Shown here: positions 1 through 10,900 of the stretch, piece by piece | Position numbering within the stretch: the first letter of the stretch is position 1 | Layout: the number at the start of each line of letters is the position of its first letter | Assembly (NCBI GenBank): GCA_046290225.1 | Contig: JBKAGE010000043.1 | Location: 1 to 64,000, forward strand | Length of the DNA stretch: 64,000 bases | Source: Bradymonadia bacterium | Lineage (GTDB): Bacteria > Myxococcota_A > Bradymonadia > UBA7976 > UBA1532 | Direction: 5' to 3' | Notes under the pieces: generated by a model | Told to the model about the DNA's origin: nothing | Database searches by the model: none | Seen by the model: only the letters and a program-made list of their open reading frames with translations | Position numbers and translations under genes: made by a program

Positions 1-305
1 ATACCAACCAAAATGTGTAGGACGATCAGAGCCGCTGGCTACGACTCCCGTCTTTTCGAGCCGTCTGCACGAAGGCTCGCGAACCTCACGACGACTGCCA
101 CCACCTCCGCGGCTCACGTGCACGACATTTTTCTGACTTGTATGACTGCTGTGTTGGGGCCTTGGGGGTGCGGGTTGGCTTTTTGAGCCTCGGCCACGAC
201 GTTTGGCCGTGTCCGGCATCATTTTCAGTGGCAAAGGCTCAGGATCCTTGATCTCAGGGCCCTTTTGGCGGTAATAGACCCGCCCCCACAGCCTGGACAT
301 GCCCC

Positions 306-1208
306 ATGACCGCGCTCACTGAAAACCCCCGCTCGTCAGCACTGGACATGTTGCGTGACTTCGCCGCCCTCGCGAAGCCTCGCATTACCTTGCTGGTGAT
401 CATCACCACAGCGGGGGGGTTGTGGATGGCCCCGGCAGAGCTCGACCTCATGCGCATTCTGGTGACCATCTTCGGCACCGTGCTCGTGGTCATCGCTGCC
501 AATGTGCTCAATTGCTACCTGGAGCGTGACAGCGATCGCTTCATGGCCCGGACCAAGAATCGACCATTACCAGGAGGCAGGCTCTCTGCCAGGGCGGCGC
601 TGATTTTCGGCCTGGTGTTGTCGGCCATCTCGGTCCCCGCACTCACGTTCCTCGTCAACCCGATGACGGGGCTGCTCGCAGCCATCGCGCTGGTGAGCTA
701 CGTCTGGGTCTACACCCCGATGAAGCAGCGCAGTCCGGTGGCGCTGTGGGTGGGCTCAATCTCTGGGGCGATGCCACCTCTCATGGGCTGGACGGCGGTC
801 ACGGGCCGCGCTGACTGGCCAGGGGTGGTGCTCTTCGGCATCTTGTTCCTGTGGCAGCTGCCCCACTTCATGGCCATCTCGGTCTACCGCCAGCGGGAAT
901 ACACCCGGGCAGGCATCAAGACGCTCCCGGAGATGTACGGCCTGAGCCATACCCGCTGGCAAATGCTCTTCTGGACTGGAGTGCTGGTGCCGGTGAGCCT
1001 CCTGCTCGTGCCGCTGGGCGTGGCAGGCTGGATCTACTTCGCCCTGGCCTCGGTGCTCGGCGTTGGCTTCCTGGTGTATTGTTTCAAGGGCTTCAAGCGC
1101 CAGCTGAAGGCGGGCCGCTGGGCTCGTGACACCTTCTTGTACTCGCTGGTGTACTTGACGCTGCTCTTCGCAGCTCTCGTTGTCGATGCAGGTCCTCTCG
1201 CCCCTTAA
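306..1208 (+). CDS. cyoE: Protoheme IX farnesyltransferase (heme o synthase)
   Basis: 300 aa, hydrophobic; LAKPRI, NCYLERDSDRFMARTKNRPLPGGR, YTPMKQ, GAMPPLMGW and WQLPHF are CyoE/CtaB signature motifs. Confidence 0.96.
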   Translation: MTALTENPRSSALDMLRDFAALAKPRITLLVIITTAGGLWMAPAELDLMRILVTIFGTVLVVIAANVLNCYLERDSDRFMARTKNRPLPGGRLSARAALIFGLVLSAISVPALTFLVNPMTGLLAAIALVSYVWVYTPMKQRSPVALWVGSISGAMPPLMGWTAVTGRADWPGVVLFGILFLWQLPHFMAISVYRQREYTRAGIKTLPEMYGLSHTRWQMLFWTGVLVPVSLLLVPLGVAGWIYFALASVLGVGFLVYCFKGFKRQLKAGRWARDTFLYSLVYLTLLFAALVVDAGPLAP

Positions 1209-1355
1209 GATCCAATAGGCATAGACCTCAGCGTCTCGCTTACCTCTCACCTGCCCATCAACCCGTCCTTTTCAAAGCCATAACCCACATATGCACGAGC
1301 CCCGCGGAGGCGTCACGGCGGCTGGCGCCGCCGCAGCGCCGGAGCAGAAGAGCCC

Positions 1356-3134
1356 TTAGGCCCACCGGGGGAACTTCTTGCGGCCTTCTTCTTCCCACCA
1401 AGCGCGCCAGCTGCGGCGGGCAGAGGTGCGTGTTTGCGTAGTGCCTCGGACCGGATCCCCCAGATCGCGCCCTGCGAGGATCACCAGCTCCCTCCAGATC
1501 GCCCCTTGAACGCGGGCATTGCCATGGGTCAGGCCCTCGAGGAGCCACTCGAGACGGTGCTTGTGGCGGTGCTTCGAGTACCACTCTCGCCAGGGGATGG
1601 GCTCCTTACCCAAATCGTGACCCGTGATGGCGCGCAGCGCGCGGTGGATCGGATCCACCATGCCCGGCGCCGGGTTCGAGAGGCAGCCCACGAGGCCGGG
1701 CACCGAAGATGCGAGTCGCATGCGGCCGGCGGCTTCTGCGGCGGCTCGTCGCTCGATGGGTGAGCCCTTGAGGCCCTCGACGACGCGTTTGATGGCCAGC
1801 TCGAAGCCCGCCTGTCCACGTCGGGCGTCCAGGGCCAGAGCGCTCACTGAGCGGACACCTGGATCCCGATCGAAGAGTCGACCGCACAGTGCCAGAGCTG
1901 CGTCGGGGTGCTCGATCTCGGCGAGGAGGAAGGCCGCGTAGTACCTGATCTCCGGAGAAGGATCACCGAGCCGGACCACCAGGCCAGGGCCGGCCGCTGT
2001 GCCAAAGGCCGCGATCGTCGCCAGGACTCCGCTGTGATATGGCGCGCTCAGCGCCCAGGGATCCGTGGTGTAGCGATCCACGCGAAGGCGCCCGGGGAAC
2101 ACCTCGAAGAGGGCCTCGAGGCCATGGGCACCCCCTGCGAGCAGGGCCCGTTGAGCACGGACCGCCAGAGGCGCATCGGGATCGTCGAGCGCTCGGACCA
2201 GAGGGAGGAAGCTCGCCGGACTGCTCTGTTGAGGCGCCGGAGTGGGCGTCTCGGGGGCTGGGGTGGCCGGCGCCGGGTGCTGCGGAGGCGCCATCGCTGC
2301 CGGAGGTGGCGGGACAGGCGCAGGCGTCGATGTGGAGGTCGACGTCATCGTCTTGGGAGACGGCACGAAGGGATCGAACACCTGCGTGGGCCCCGAGGGG
2401 GGCGGCGGTGGCGGTGGCGGCGGTCCTGGCGGAGGCGAGGGCTGTGGCGCAGGTGTTGGGGTGGCCGCTGGTGGTGTGCTCAATGTCGCTTCCGAAGCGA
2501 AGGGATCATCCACCACTGGGGCCGGATCTGGGAGGCGTCGGAGCAACACCTTGGCCTCCACTGGAGGCAAGGTCGCCAGGGGGTCGAGGTTGGGCTGCGC
2601 CCCATCATCCTCAGGCTCTGGAGAGGGCTGTGGGTTCGCCTGACGCTGTACCTGAGCGCCTGGAGGCAACAACTTCGTCAGTCGCTCGGGCATTTGCCCC
2701 TGACCGAGGCGCTCGAAAGCCGCCCATAGATCCACCTCGAGGGTGACAGTCGTGCGTACGGGTCGGCCCAGGGCCTTGCTGAAGGTGGCGTCATCGAAGA
2801 CCGGCAGGGCCGTCGTGGCCACATAGAGCGTGCGGCCCACTTCGGCATATGGCAGGACCACCCACTGGCGGCGTCGCTCAGGGGAGAGGGCCTCCAGGGC
2901 CTGGGGCATGGGCATCTCGAGGCCCGAAGCCAGTGTCGGTGGTCGTCCGACCACTTGAGAGAGCGCCGACAACAGGCGCAAGCGGCCCTCAGCGTCGAGA
3001 TCCAGCTTCTCCAAAATCACCGTATCCGGAGCGCCACCCACAGTCTGGTGGCGCTTCAGGATCTCACCGACGGCCTGCTGAGACAGGAGACCCTCTGTCT
3101 TCAGCGCGTCGATGATGGGGGCGAGCAGATCCAT
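1356..3134 (-). CDS. HEAT-repeat protein with GspE/MshEN-like N-terminal domain and Pro-rich linker (myxobacterial FrgA-like architecture)
   Basis: N-terminus (ALKTEGLLSQQAVGEIL...VVLPYAEVGRTLYVAT) resembles a GspE N-domain; central poly-Pro/PAP linker; C-terminal HEAT/PBS repeats (DPSPEIRYYAA, DRDPGVRSVSA, ALRAITGHDLG..W..W). Confidence 0.7.
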   Translation of the reverse strand: MDLLAPIIDALKTEGLLSQQAVGEILKRHQTVGGAPDTVILEKLDLDAEGRLRLLSALSQVVGRPPTLASGLEMPMPQALEALSPERRRQWVVLPYAEVGRTLYVATTALPVFDDATFSKALGRPVRTTVTLEVDLWAAFERLGQGQMPERLTKLLPPGAQVQRQANPQPSPEPEDDGAQPNLDPLATLPPVEAKVLLRRLPDPAPVVDDPFASEATLSTPPAATPTPAPQPSPPPGPPPPPPPPPSGPTQVFDPFVPSPKTMTSTSTSTPAPVPPPPAAMAPPQHPAPATPAPETPTPAPQQSSPASFLPLVRALDDPDAPLAVRAQRALLAGGAHGLEALFEVFPGRLRVDRYTTDPWALSAPYHSGVLATIAAFGTAAGPGLVVRLGDPSPEIRYYAAFLLAEIEHPDAALALCGRLFDRDPGVRSVSALALDARRGQAGFELAIKRVVEGLKGSPIERRAAAEAAGRMRLASSVPGLVGCLSNPAPGMVDPIHRALRAITGHDLGKEPIPWREWYSKHRHKHRLEWLLEGLTHGNARVQGAIWRELVILAGRDLGDPVRGTTQTRTSARRSWRAWWEEEGRKKFPRWA

Positions 3135-3150
3135 TCAGTCTCCAGCAGGA

Positions 3151-3648
3151 TCAAAGTTGATGAGGCTCCGGCAGGCCAGTGATGAGGACTGTACCGCTCA
3201 CCGCCTCCGCGAGCCCTTGCCGCCGTCGACCAACAGCAGCCCACATATAACCCTGAGCCAGAATCAGCACACCGAGGGTGGTGCCGAGTCCATGGAAGAG
3301 GGCCCGCACAGGGCCCGCCAGATCGCCATCATCGGCCACCAGGCGCAGCCCCATGAGCCGCTCGCCGATGGTGCCTTCGAACAGGGTATGGAACAGAATG
3401 CCGTAAATCAGCCCCGTGGTCATGGTCACGATGACCGCAGGGAGGAAAATTTCACCGTGATGGCCGATCAGCTCTGCTGTGTAGTCCACCCAGTCGTATG
3501 TCTGAGGCGGCATCTGCGCAGGGCTGATCCAGCCTGCGACCCACGCCCCCCAAATCGCCGTAGAGAGCAGCGCGAGATCGAGGATGTCGGCGATGAAACG
3601 CCGCCAGAAGGGGGCCGCCCGCGCCGCGAGGAGTTCAGACTGGCGCAC
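3151..3648 (-). CDS. RDD family membrane protein
   Basis: APFWRRFIADILD, GTIGERLMGLRLV and RRQGLAEAVSGTV match RDD motifs; GTG start overlaps the rsmE stop. Confidence 0.85.
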   Translation of the reverse strand: MRQSELLAARAAPFWRRFIADILDLALLSTAIWGAWVAGWISPAQMPPQTYDWVDYTAELIGHHGEIFLPAVIVTMTTGLIYGILFHTLFEGTIGERLMGLRLVADDGDLAGPVRALFHGLGTTLGVLILAQGYMWAAVGRRRQGLAEAVSGTVLITGLPEPHQL

Positions 3649-4390
3649 GAGGCCTCCCGAGCGCGCCCATCCGATCGAGGGCCAGCGCTGCTCCGACCAC
3701 GGCTGCAGTCTCCGTCCGCAAAACCAGAGGGCCCAGGTGGATGGGTGTCACGCCATCTGCCAGCGCTGCGTCGACCTCTTGAGTTGAGAAGCCACCTTCT
3801 GGGCCGATGAACAGGGCGCCGCCGTGGGTGAGTGACGACCACGCTTCACCCTCGACCGTAGGGTGGAGGATGCCCCGCCAGGGGATCTCTCTGGTGCGTA
3901 CGAGCGCCTCTTCAAAGGGCACAGGGCCTTCGATGTGGAGTGCGTCGGCCCGCCCGCACTGACGCGCAGCTTCTTGCACGATACGGCTCCAGCGGGCGTG
4001 CTTCTTCGCCGCACGCTGAGCGTCGAGGCGGACCACGCTGTGGGCGGTCTGCATCAAGACTACCCGGCCCACGCCCAGCTCGGTGAGCTGGCGGAGCACC
4101 GCGTCGAGCTTCTCGCCCTTGGGCAACCCGTAGCAGACTGTGAGATCGGCACCGCCATGACCTTGAACCAGAGGCCCAGTGGCCTCGGCACTCCAGATCC
4201 CGTCGTGTACGACGAGTGTTGCTGGCGCTTCGAGGCCGCTGGCGTCGAAGACTCGCAGAGGATCACCCGCCTTCAGTCGTCGGACGTCGACGATGTAGTG
4301 CCGGGCCTCTTCGGTGAGAGGCCACAGAGCGGCGTCAGGATCGAGTGGGCTCAGAGGGACTCTGAGCGGCGTTTTGCCTTCAGGCTTCAT
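3635..4390 (-). CDS. rsmE: 16S rRNA m3U1498 methyltransferase
   Basis: HYIVDVRRL, KGEKLDAVLRQLTELGV, EAARQCGR, IGPEGGFS and LGPLVLRTETA. Start set to the ATG at 4390 (the ORF track extends to 4435). Confidence 0.96.
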   Translation of the reverse strand: MKPEGKTPLRVPLSPLDPDAALWPLTEEARHYIVDVRRLKAGDPLRVFDASGLEAPATLVVHDGIWSAEATGPLVQGHGGADLTVCYGLPKGEKLDAVLRQLTELGVGRVVLMQTAHSVVRLDAQRAAKKHARWSRIVQEAARQCGRADALHIEGPVPFEEALVRTREIPWRGILHPTVEGEAWSSLTHGGALFIGPEGGFSTQEVDAALADGVTPIHLGPLVLRTETAAVVGAALALDRMGALGRPRAPV

Positions 4391-5261
4391 CAACGCTCCG
4401 GCGCAGATGGAGTACGGACCACTGACCTTCTTCACGCGCCTCGAGTACGGTGAATTCTGGGTAGGCCGCGAGGACCTGCTCCCGCTCGTGGGCCAGCATG
4501 CCCGACAAGATGAGATCTCCGGCGACTCGCTGCTTCACTTGATCGGCGATCTCGATGAGGACAGGGGCGATGATGTTCACCACGACGATGTCGAAGAGGC
4601 CTTCCACATCAGCGGCAGAGCCCACATGAAGCTCGACCGCATCGTCCGCGCCGTTGAGGCCTCGATTGTGACGCGCGTTCTCCACGGCCACAGGGTCGAT
4701 CTCCACACCCACAGGTCGAGCGCCGAGACGCCACGCTGCGAAGGCGAGCAGGCCTGAGCCGCTGCCCACGTCGAGGAGGGTGGGGTGATCCGTTCGGGCG
4801 CCGAGCATCTCGTCGAGCAGCTTAAGCGCGCCCCGCGTCGTCTCGTGGGTCCCCGTGCCGAAGGCCATGCCCGGCTCGATGATCAGATCGTGCACGCCAG
4901 GTTGGGTGGCCTCGGGCTCCCATGGCGGCCGTACCGCAATGCGTGCAGAGATCTGTCGCCCTGTGAACCAGGCCCGCCACCCGGTACGCCAGTCTTCGTC
5001 CTCTCGCCGCTCCACCGTGAGGTCACCGTCGGTGATGCCGAATCGCTGGAGCCAGCCCTCCACCACCCACCGCAAATCATCGTCCGGGGGGGTGGCGCTG
5101 CTGATGACGAGGCGCACCTTGCCGGTCTCGGTGACCGCTGACTTCACCATGGTGCTCTCGTCTTGAATCTCCACCGCCACGTCGGCCTGCTCGGCGATGA
5201 GCCAGGACAGCGTCTCGCCCTGCTCCATCGGCACGTTCACCGACAACCGCCACCAGCTCAT
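4380..5261 (-). CDS. prmA: Ribosomal protein L11 methyltransferase
   Basis: EDWRTGW, IEPGMAFGTGTHETT, LDVGSGSG, EIDPVAV and LILSGML; adjacent to rsmE as commonly seen. Confidence 0.96.
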   Translation of the reverse strand: MSWWRLSVNVPMEQGETLSWLIAEQADVAVEIQDESTMVKSAVTETGKVRLVISSATPPDDDLRWVVEGWLQRFGITDGDLTVERREDEDWRTGWRAWFTGRQISARIAVRPPWEPEATQPGVHDLIIEPGMAFGTGTHETTRGALKLLDEMLGARTDHPTLLDVGSGSGLLAFAAWRLGARPVGVEIDPVAVENARHNRGLNGADDAVELHVGSAADVEGLFDIVVVNIIAPVLIEIADQVKQRVAGDLILSGMLAHEREQVLAAYPEFTVLEAREEGQWSVLHLRRSVDEA

Positions 5262-7852
5262 GTGGACTCCTCACCAGGGGCGGACCCCTTCTTCTGCACT
5301 GGGTTGTTCTGCACAGGGTTCTTCTGCACGGGGTTCATCTGAACGGAGGCCTCACCATGAGCGCCCCTGCGTAGGACTTCCCGCGCCGCGTTCTGTATAT
5401 CGATCGGGGCGAGGCTCTCCAAGAGACGGGCGTCTTCTTCAAGGAGACTCTGCGCCTGACCTTCTCCACGGCGCAAGAGGGCTGCGGCGATTCGGCCGAT
5501 TCGCCCCGAGGGGGTGGCCAGCTCGATCGACTGCTCACCGAGCAGCCGACGTCTGATGTGCTCGAAGGGTCTGCGCTCCATGCCCAGCGTGATCATCCGC
5601 TCTACAGATGACCAGAAAAGGCGCGCAGCGTCAGCGCCCTGATGCCCTGGGGTGCTGAGAGAGAACACAAGAATGCCACCGCCTCCAGTGGGCACCACCT
5701 CAGCAGACACCAGCCCAGAGCCACCTGTGAGCGTACGCAGCTGGGTGTGCAGGTGCCCGCCGGGCCGGACGAGGGCTGCGGCGAGGGCACGGTAGAGCCA
5801 GGGCGGGTTTCGACTCTCAGGGAGAGGGAATGCAAAGGCCTGATGCTGCTCTACTTGGGGGGTGCCTGCCTCTCGAGGCCGCGTCGGAGGAGACTTGGCA
5901 CGCATTGCCCCTGCCTTCACGGGCGCCCCAGGAGACAGATGGCTCTCGATGATGCCGGCGAGGCTCTCAGGTGCCTCGGTGCTGCCCACCACCAGAAGCC
6001 TGGGGCCTCGTAGGAGGGCCGACGCCTGCGCCCTCAGCGCACCCGGTGACAACTGCGCGATCGCTTCAGGGGTCAGGCCGCCCGGCGCGAGCTGGGACAC
6101 CGCCAATCGGCGGGCCTTATGACCAGGGTGCTGAGAGGCCGTGAGCCATGTGTGCGCCCAACGGCGGGCGCGCTCCACAGAGGTGCTCTCGTCCACGGCC
6201 TCGAGGCATGCGTCGAGGGCCGCCAGCGTGGAGGCCAGGGCGGTGGGCTCGATGGTCGTGTACCAGTGTACGCCCGCTTCGCTCACCGAGACCTCACCAT
6301 CGAGGGTGGGGCAACTGAGCATCGAGGCTGCGAGCGTAGCCATCGGCAGGTTGCTGGGGCCACCGTGACCCAAGGCGAGATGGACCACCATGGCCGGGCT
6401 GTCGGGGAGGGCGACATGAAGCCCGGTGAGACCAGGGCGAATCTCGAAGGGATCGCCCGACTTCACGGGCACGGTGTCTGCGGCGGGGGCATCTTCCAGG
6501 GCCTTCATCAGTCGACCCCTCAGCAGCCCGTCCGCCATGACCCGCTCCCCCTTTGACGAGGGCAGGTGAAGGTGAAACTGGCCGTTGCGCCACAGGAGGG
6601 CCTGCGCCGCGGCTTTTGCCTCATCAGCTGTCGTGCTCTGCACAGCCACACGCCAGCGGGCGGGCCCCTCAGGGCCAAATCGACGGATGAGCCCTGCCAC
6701 CCAGCGGGCGTGGGCTCGAGGATCGCCCTCGAGGGTGAGCCAGCGTCGCCAGACCCTGGACTTCGCCCGTGTCAGCGACTGAGCGTCGACCCCTGTAGCC
6801 AACGTGCGTCGGGTGGACAGCAGGGTTCGCCAGAGGGGCTCCAACTGCTGAGCGTCGTACGTGGCGTGCAGGCTCAGCCTCGGGCTGACCCCGTCGGCGG
6901 GCAGGTACAGGCTCGAGGAGGCTTTGATAGGCCCTGTGAGATGCTCACGTCCGTCCTCTTCGAGAGCTGCTGAGATGAGCTCACCGGCGATCATCAGTGC
7001 CGCAGCATGCTCGGGGCCATCCAGTTGAGCAGGCAGGCTGGCCCACAGTTGGCCAGGGCCCATCTGAGCACTGCGCTCCACCGTGAGATCTGCGTCGGCT
7101 GGCTCAGAAGCACCAGCGGTACACCCATCGGCTTTGGCATTGGATCCCAATGCGCCACGAAATTGCTCGAATGCAGAGGTGATGTCACCGCCGCCTTCGA
7201 GCACCACCAGGCCGCGACCGCCACAGCGGGCTCGAAAAGCAGAGACGCTGGCGGCGGTGGCCTCACGGAGGGCCAGGGGGCCTACCCGGCGACCGTGCGG
7301 ATGATCACCGTAGCTTCGGCGCAGCGTGACGGCGAGCGGGTGATCTGAGGTGGGCTCGGGGCGGGGCAATGCCTCGAGCTGAGCTTGGGTGGGCAGCGCC
7401 CCCTCGAGCCCTGCACGTATGGCGCGTGCCGCCTCCTGGCCTTCATCGGCGCGCACGGTGGCCTGCACCGCGATGCCGTCGGGCCCTCGCCAGACCTTCA
7501 GCGTACCGCCCAAGGCGTCGATGTTGCGATTCAATGGACCATCTGCACGCCCCCACCACCGCGAAAGCGCTTCTGCTGCCACAGCATCAGAGGCCGTGTG
7601 ACCGCCATCGAGGGACAGATGGATCGTCATGGTGGGCTGATGTGCATTGGGCAGCGCGACGCCGGATAAGCCCGGGCTCAGCGTTGAGAGCGCGAGCCCT
7701 TGAGCGCGGGCATGAGGACTTGAAGTCGGAAGAGACGTCGTCGGGGTCGGGGCTGGGCCACAACCCAGAACGCCCACTGTGGAGATCGCCAGGGCGAGGG
7801 GCCAGCGATGTGAATACATAGAAAAAAGAGGAACCAGGGGAGGGGTACGCAT
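5258..7852 (-). CDS. Peptidase M16 (insulinase)-like lipoprotein, probably catalytically inactive
   Basis: Lipobox VLGC; M16-like segments (IDALGGTL, YGDHPHGRRVG, GHLHTQLRTLTG, LESLAPIDIQNAAREVL); no HxxEH zinc motif seen. Confidence 0.55.
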   Translation of the reverse strand: MRTPPLVPLFSMYSHRWPLALAISTVGVLGCGPAPTPTTSLPTSSPHARAQGLALSTLSPGLSGVALPNAHQPTMTIHLSLDGGHTASDAVAAEALSRWWGRADGPLNRNIDALGGTLKVWRGPDGIAVQATVRADEGQEAARAIRAGLEGALPTQAQLEALPRPEPTSDHPLAVTLRRSYGDHPHGRRVGPLALREATAASVSAFRARCGGRGLVVLEGGGDITSAFEQFRGALGSNAKADGCTAGASEPADADLTVERSAQMGPGQLWASLPAQLDGPEHAAALMIAGELISAALEEDGREHLTGPIKASSSLYLPADGVSPRLSLHATYDAQQLEPLWRTLLSTRRTLATGVDAQSLTRAKSRVWRRWLTLEGDPRAHARWVAGLIRRFGPEGPARWRVAVQSTTADEAKAAAQALLWRNGQFHLHLPSSKGERVMADGLLRGRLMKALEDAPAADTVPVKSGDPFEIRPGLTGLHVALPDSPAMVVHLALGHGGPSNLPMATLAASMLSCPTLDGEVSVSEAGVHWYTTIEPTALASTLAALDACLEAVDESTSVERARRWAHTWLTASQHPGHKARRLAVSQLAPGGLTPEAIAQLSPGALRAQASALLRGPRLLVVGSTEAPESLAGIIESHLSPGAPVKAGAMRAKSPPTRPREAGTPQVEQHQAFAFPLPESRNPPWLYRALAAALVRPGGHLHTQLRTLTGGSGLVSAEVVPTGGGGILVFSLSTPGHQGADAARLFWSSVERMITLGMERRPFEHIRRRLLGEQSIELATPSGRIGRIAAALLRRGEGQAQSLLEEDARLLESLAPIDIQNAAREVLRRGAHGEASVQMNPVQKNPVQNNPVQKKGSAPGEEST
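5291..5335. repeat. 3 x 15-bp in-frame tandem repeat encoding NPVQK/NPVQN
   Basis: cttctgcactgggtt / gttctgcacagggtt / cttctgcacggggtt at the C-terminus of the M16-like gene. Confidence 0.9.
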
Positions 7853-7877
7853 GCCGCTCCAAATGACCGAGCCTTCG

Positions 7878-7913
7878 GGGTTGATACGAGGGGTGGATTT
7901 CTGGTGTCAACCC
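7878..7913. promoter_or_regulatory. Inverted repeat overlapping a sigma70-like promoter for the leftward operon
   Basis: GGGTTGATAC-N16-GTGTCAACCC (10-bp arms, 1 mismatch); on the minus strand it reads TTGACA-N18-TATCAA, about 30 nt upstream of the ATG at 7852. Confidence 0.45.
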
Positions 7914-7994
7914 TGGCGCAATCCTCGGGTGTTTCCGACCGGGAGCAGGTAGACTGCCGCGGTCGCCGCTCAGAACACGGAAGTCCGCTGAACC

Positions 7995-10900
7995 ATGAGA
8001 CAACATGCAGACGCATCAGGGGCAGAGCTCCTGGCCGATCTCCATCAAATCACCGATGACGCCCGACGGGCAGAGGCGGGGCTCACCCTCGCCCTTCGTG
8101 CAGTGGAGGGCGGTGATCTGCCCTTCGCTGCCCGAGCCTACCTCGAGGCGCTGAGCGCCCAGCTGCAGGCAGGTGACGGTGTGGGGGCGGAGCGGGTGCT
8201 CGATGCCCTTGAGGGGGTGGCGCGGCAGGGTCGGCGGCCAGAGACCGTGGGCCCGTGGCTCGGCGGACTCTTCCTCATGGCCCGCTGGCCCTCTGTGAGG
8301 CAGCTGCTCTATCCCTCTACGGGTGCGGGTGATCGTGCGCCGGTCTTGTTCTGTGCGGCGCAATGCCTCGACGCGTTGCCCACGGAGCGAGACGAGGGGC
8401 AACAGCTGCTGCGTTGGGTGCTCGAGCACGGTGAGGCATCTCTCAAAGCGGCCCTCGCCCTCCAGCTCGGTGCCCTCGTCGAAGAAGGGGTTGCCGATGT
8501 GGCGGTCCTCGTCACCCTCGCCCGGGTCCGGGCGGACGCTGGTGCCTTCGAAGAGGCCATGACCTCACTGGAAAAGGCCGAAGAGCGGGCGAGCACACTC
8601 TCTGAAGAAGCGACGGTGATCTTGGAGGTGGGTCGGTTGATCGCGGAGTACAGCGATCAGCCCGAAGAGGCGGTACAGCGTTACTACCAGGCCCTGGTCC
8701 TGTATCCCGAGCTCGCAGACGATGTCGAAGACGCCCTCGACGACTTCATCGACCGGTGGGGTGTGCCCACTGGGGCCATCGATGAGCTGCAGCAACTCTG
8801 TGAGCGCCTCGATCGAGGTGATTTGCTGGTGAAGGTGCTCGAGGATCGACTGGAGACCTTGCGGAGAGAGGCTGGGGCTCCAGAGGCTGTCGCCTCGCTG
8901 CTCCTGCGTCTCGCCGAGCACGCAGAATATGCAGCCCATCACCCCCGGCAGGCCTTCGACCTGTATTGCGAGGGCCTCGAGGTGGGCCCGGAGCACCCCG
9001 AGCCTTTCGCTGACGGTATGCGGCGGACTGCTGCCCTGGGCATCGAAGGGGCGACAGAGCGTATGGAGCCTCTGCTCCGGGCGAAGGGCCTCTGGTCTCA
9101 CCTCACCCGCATCTGGCTCGCAGACGTGGTGACGCGGCAAACACCTGCGGAGAAGGCGGAGCTGTATTTCAAAGCGGGGGTGATCGCCGAGGAGCGCCTG
9201 CACGACGCGCCCTCGGCGCTGAGCCACTTCGAGCAGGCCCTGGTGTGGGTGCCTCAGGGCACACGTTACCTGAGCGCCGCTGCGCGGGTGGCTCGCCGCG
9301 CCGAGGACTGGCCCAAGGTGAACAGTCTCCTCGACCAGCTGATCAAACTCGACGGTGCCAAGGTGGAAGCTGCCCTCACGCTGGCGGCCATCCGAGCGAC
9401 CCACCTCAACGATCCGGCAGGCGCTGGTCGTGCCCTCGAAGCCCTCATCGAACATGACGGCGCTCTGAAGGCCCCAGGTGAGTGGGGGGCCCTGGAGATC
9501 GGCGACGCCCTGAGCCTGGCCCCTCTCGTTCGGGCCATTGCCGAAGCCCGGGGCGGCGCTGTAGGCGCTCGGCTCATGATGAGCCTCGCATGGATTCTGC
9601 TCGCACGGCCTAGCGGCGCTCAGGAAGCCCGCACAGCGTTGCACGCTGCCGTGGTCCTCTCGCCTCAGCCCGGGGGCACCTTCACCGAGATCGCCGAGCG
9701 CCTCGCGGAGGCCGGCGGCGACCCGGCCCTGGCACCGTGGCTGGCTTCAGCAGGCGCCCTGCCTTTGCCCGAGCCCGTTCGTCTCGACGCCTTGTCGCGC
9801 TCGGCGATGTTGTACGCGGGTCCGCTCGATCAGAAAGCGTTTGCCCGGTACCCCCTCATGGCCCTCGTTGCCGCCGGCGCCAGCGATGCGGACACGTTGA
9901 AGCTGCTCGTCGACGCCCTTGCCCTCACCGAGCCTGCAGAATCAGCGGCTCAGGGCTTGAAGTGGCTGCTCGATGGCCCGCTCAAAACATCAGAGGACGG
10001 CGCGCTGAGGCTGAAGGCCCTCTTGTTGTACGCCACCCAGCTCGCCGATCACCTCAAGGTCCCCGAAGAGGCCACGGGGATCCTCACTGAGGCGTTGATC
10101 GACAGCGACACCCTCGGTGGCGTGCGGGTGGTCATGCCGAAGATCCGTGCGTGGTTCGAAGCCCGGGACGACTGGGCGGGCTACATGGGGGTCATGGAGC
10201 GCGGCGCCGCGGCCATGGAGAGCGAGGCGCCGATGTCGGCCCTGCGCATGGAGATGGCTTCGGTGGCGGAGCGGCAGCTGTCCAACCCCGCCATGGCGGC
10301 GCAGATCCTCGATCCGCTGCGTACGACCTCCGATCTCGACGTGAGCCAGATCCGCAGAGAGCTCAGCCGCCTCTACCAGCAGTCTGGGGACGTCGATCGG
10401 CGTAGAGCGTTGTTGGCTCAGGGGCTCGCTGAGGCCAAAACCCCAGAGGCCATCGGCGAGGCGGCCCGCGGGCTCCTCGATGCAGCTGTCGAAGAGCCCC
10501 GAGACGTGGGGTTGTTGATCGAGGGTCACAAGCGTCTGCTTCAGCTCGAGCCGGAGAGCTTCGAGCACCTCGACGCGCTCTCTGCCCTCTACAAAGAGGT
10601 CAGCTACACCCGGGCCCGGGCAGATGTGTTAGAGCGCCGCTGGCGCCTGGCGCCGACCCTGGAGCACTTGGACACCCTTCGCGAGCTGTGCAACCTCGTC
10701 GGGGGAGAGATGCAGCGATGGGATCGAGCGATCCTCTTGCTGCAAGAGCTGCGACAGCATGCCCCAGGCGATCTCGAACTCATCACCGAGCTCGCGAGAG
10801 CGTATGAAGAGGTGGGCGATGTCGAGGCCCTGATGGCGCTTTACCTGAGCGCTACGGAGCGCCTCTCTGGTGAAGCCCGCCTCGAGGTTTTGAAATCAGC

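Noticed and set aside
1..305. Leading non-coding region, possible cytochrome-oxidase regulatory site
   Set aside because: No convincing FNR box, promoter or ORF; context lies outside the window.
1316..1333. CGGCGGC-TGGC-GCCGCCG hairpin between convergent cyoE and HEAT genes
   Set aside because: No U-tract on either strand, so it cannot be called an intrinsic terminator.
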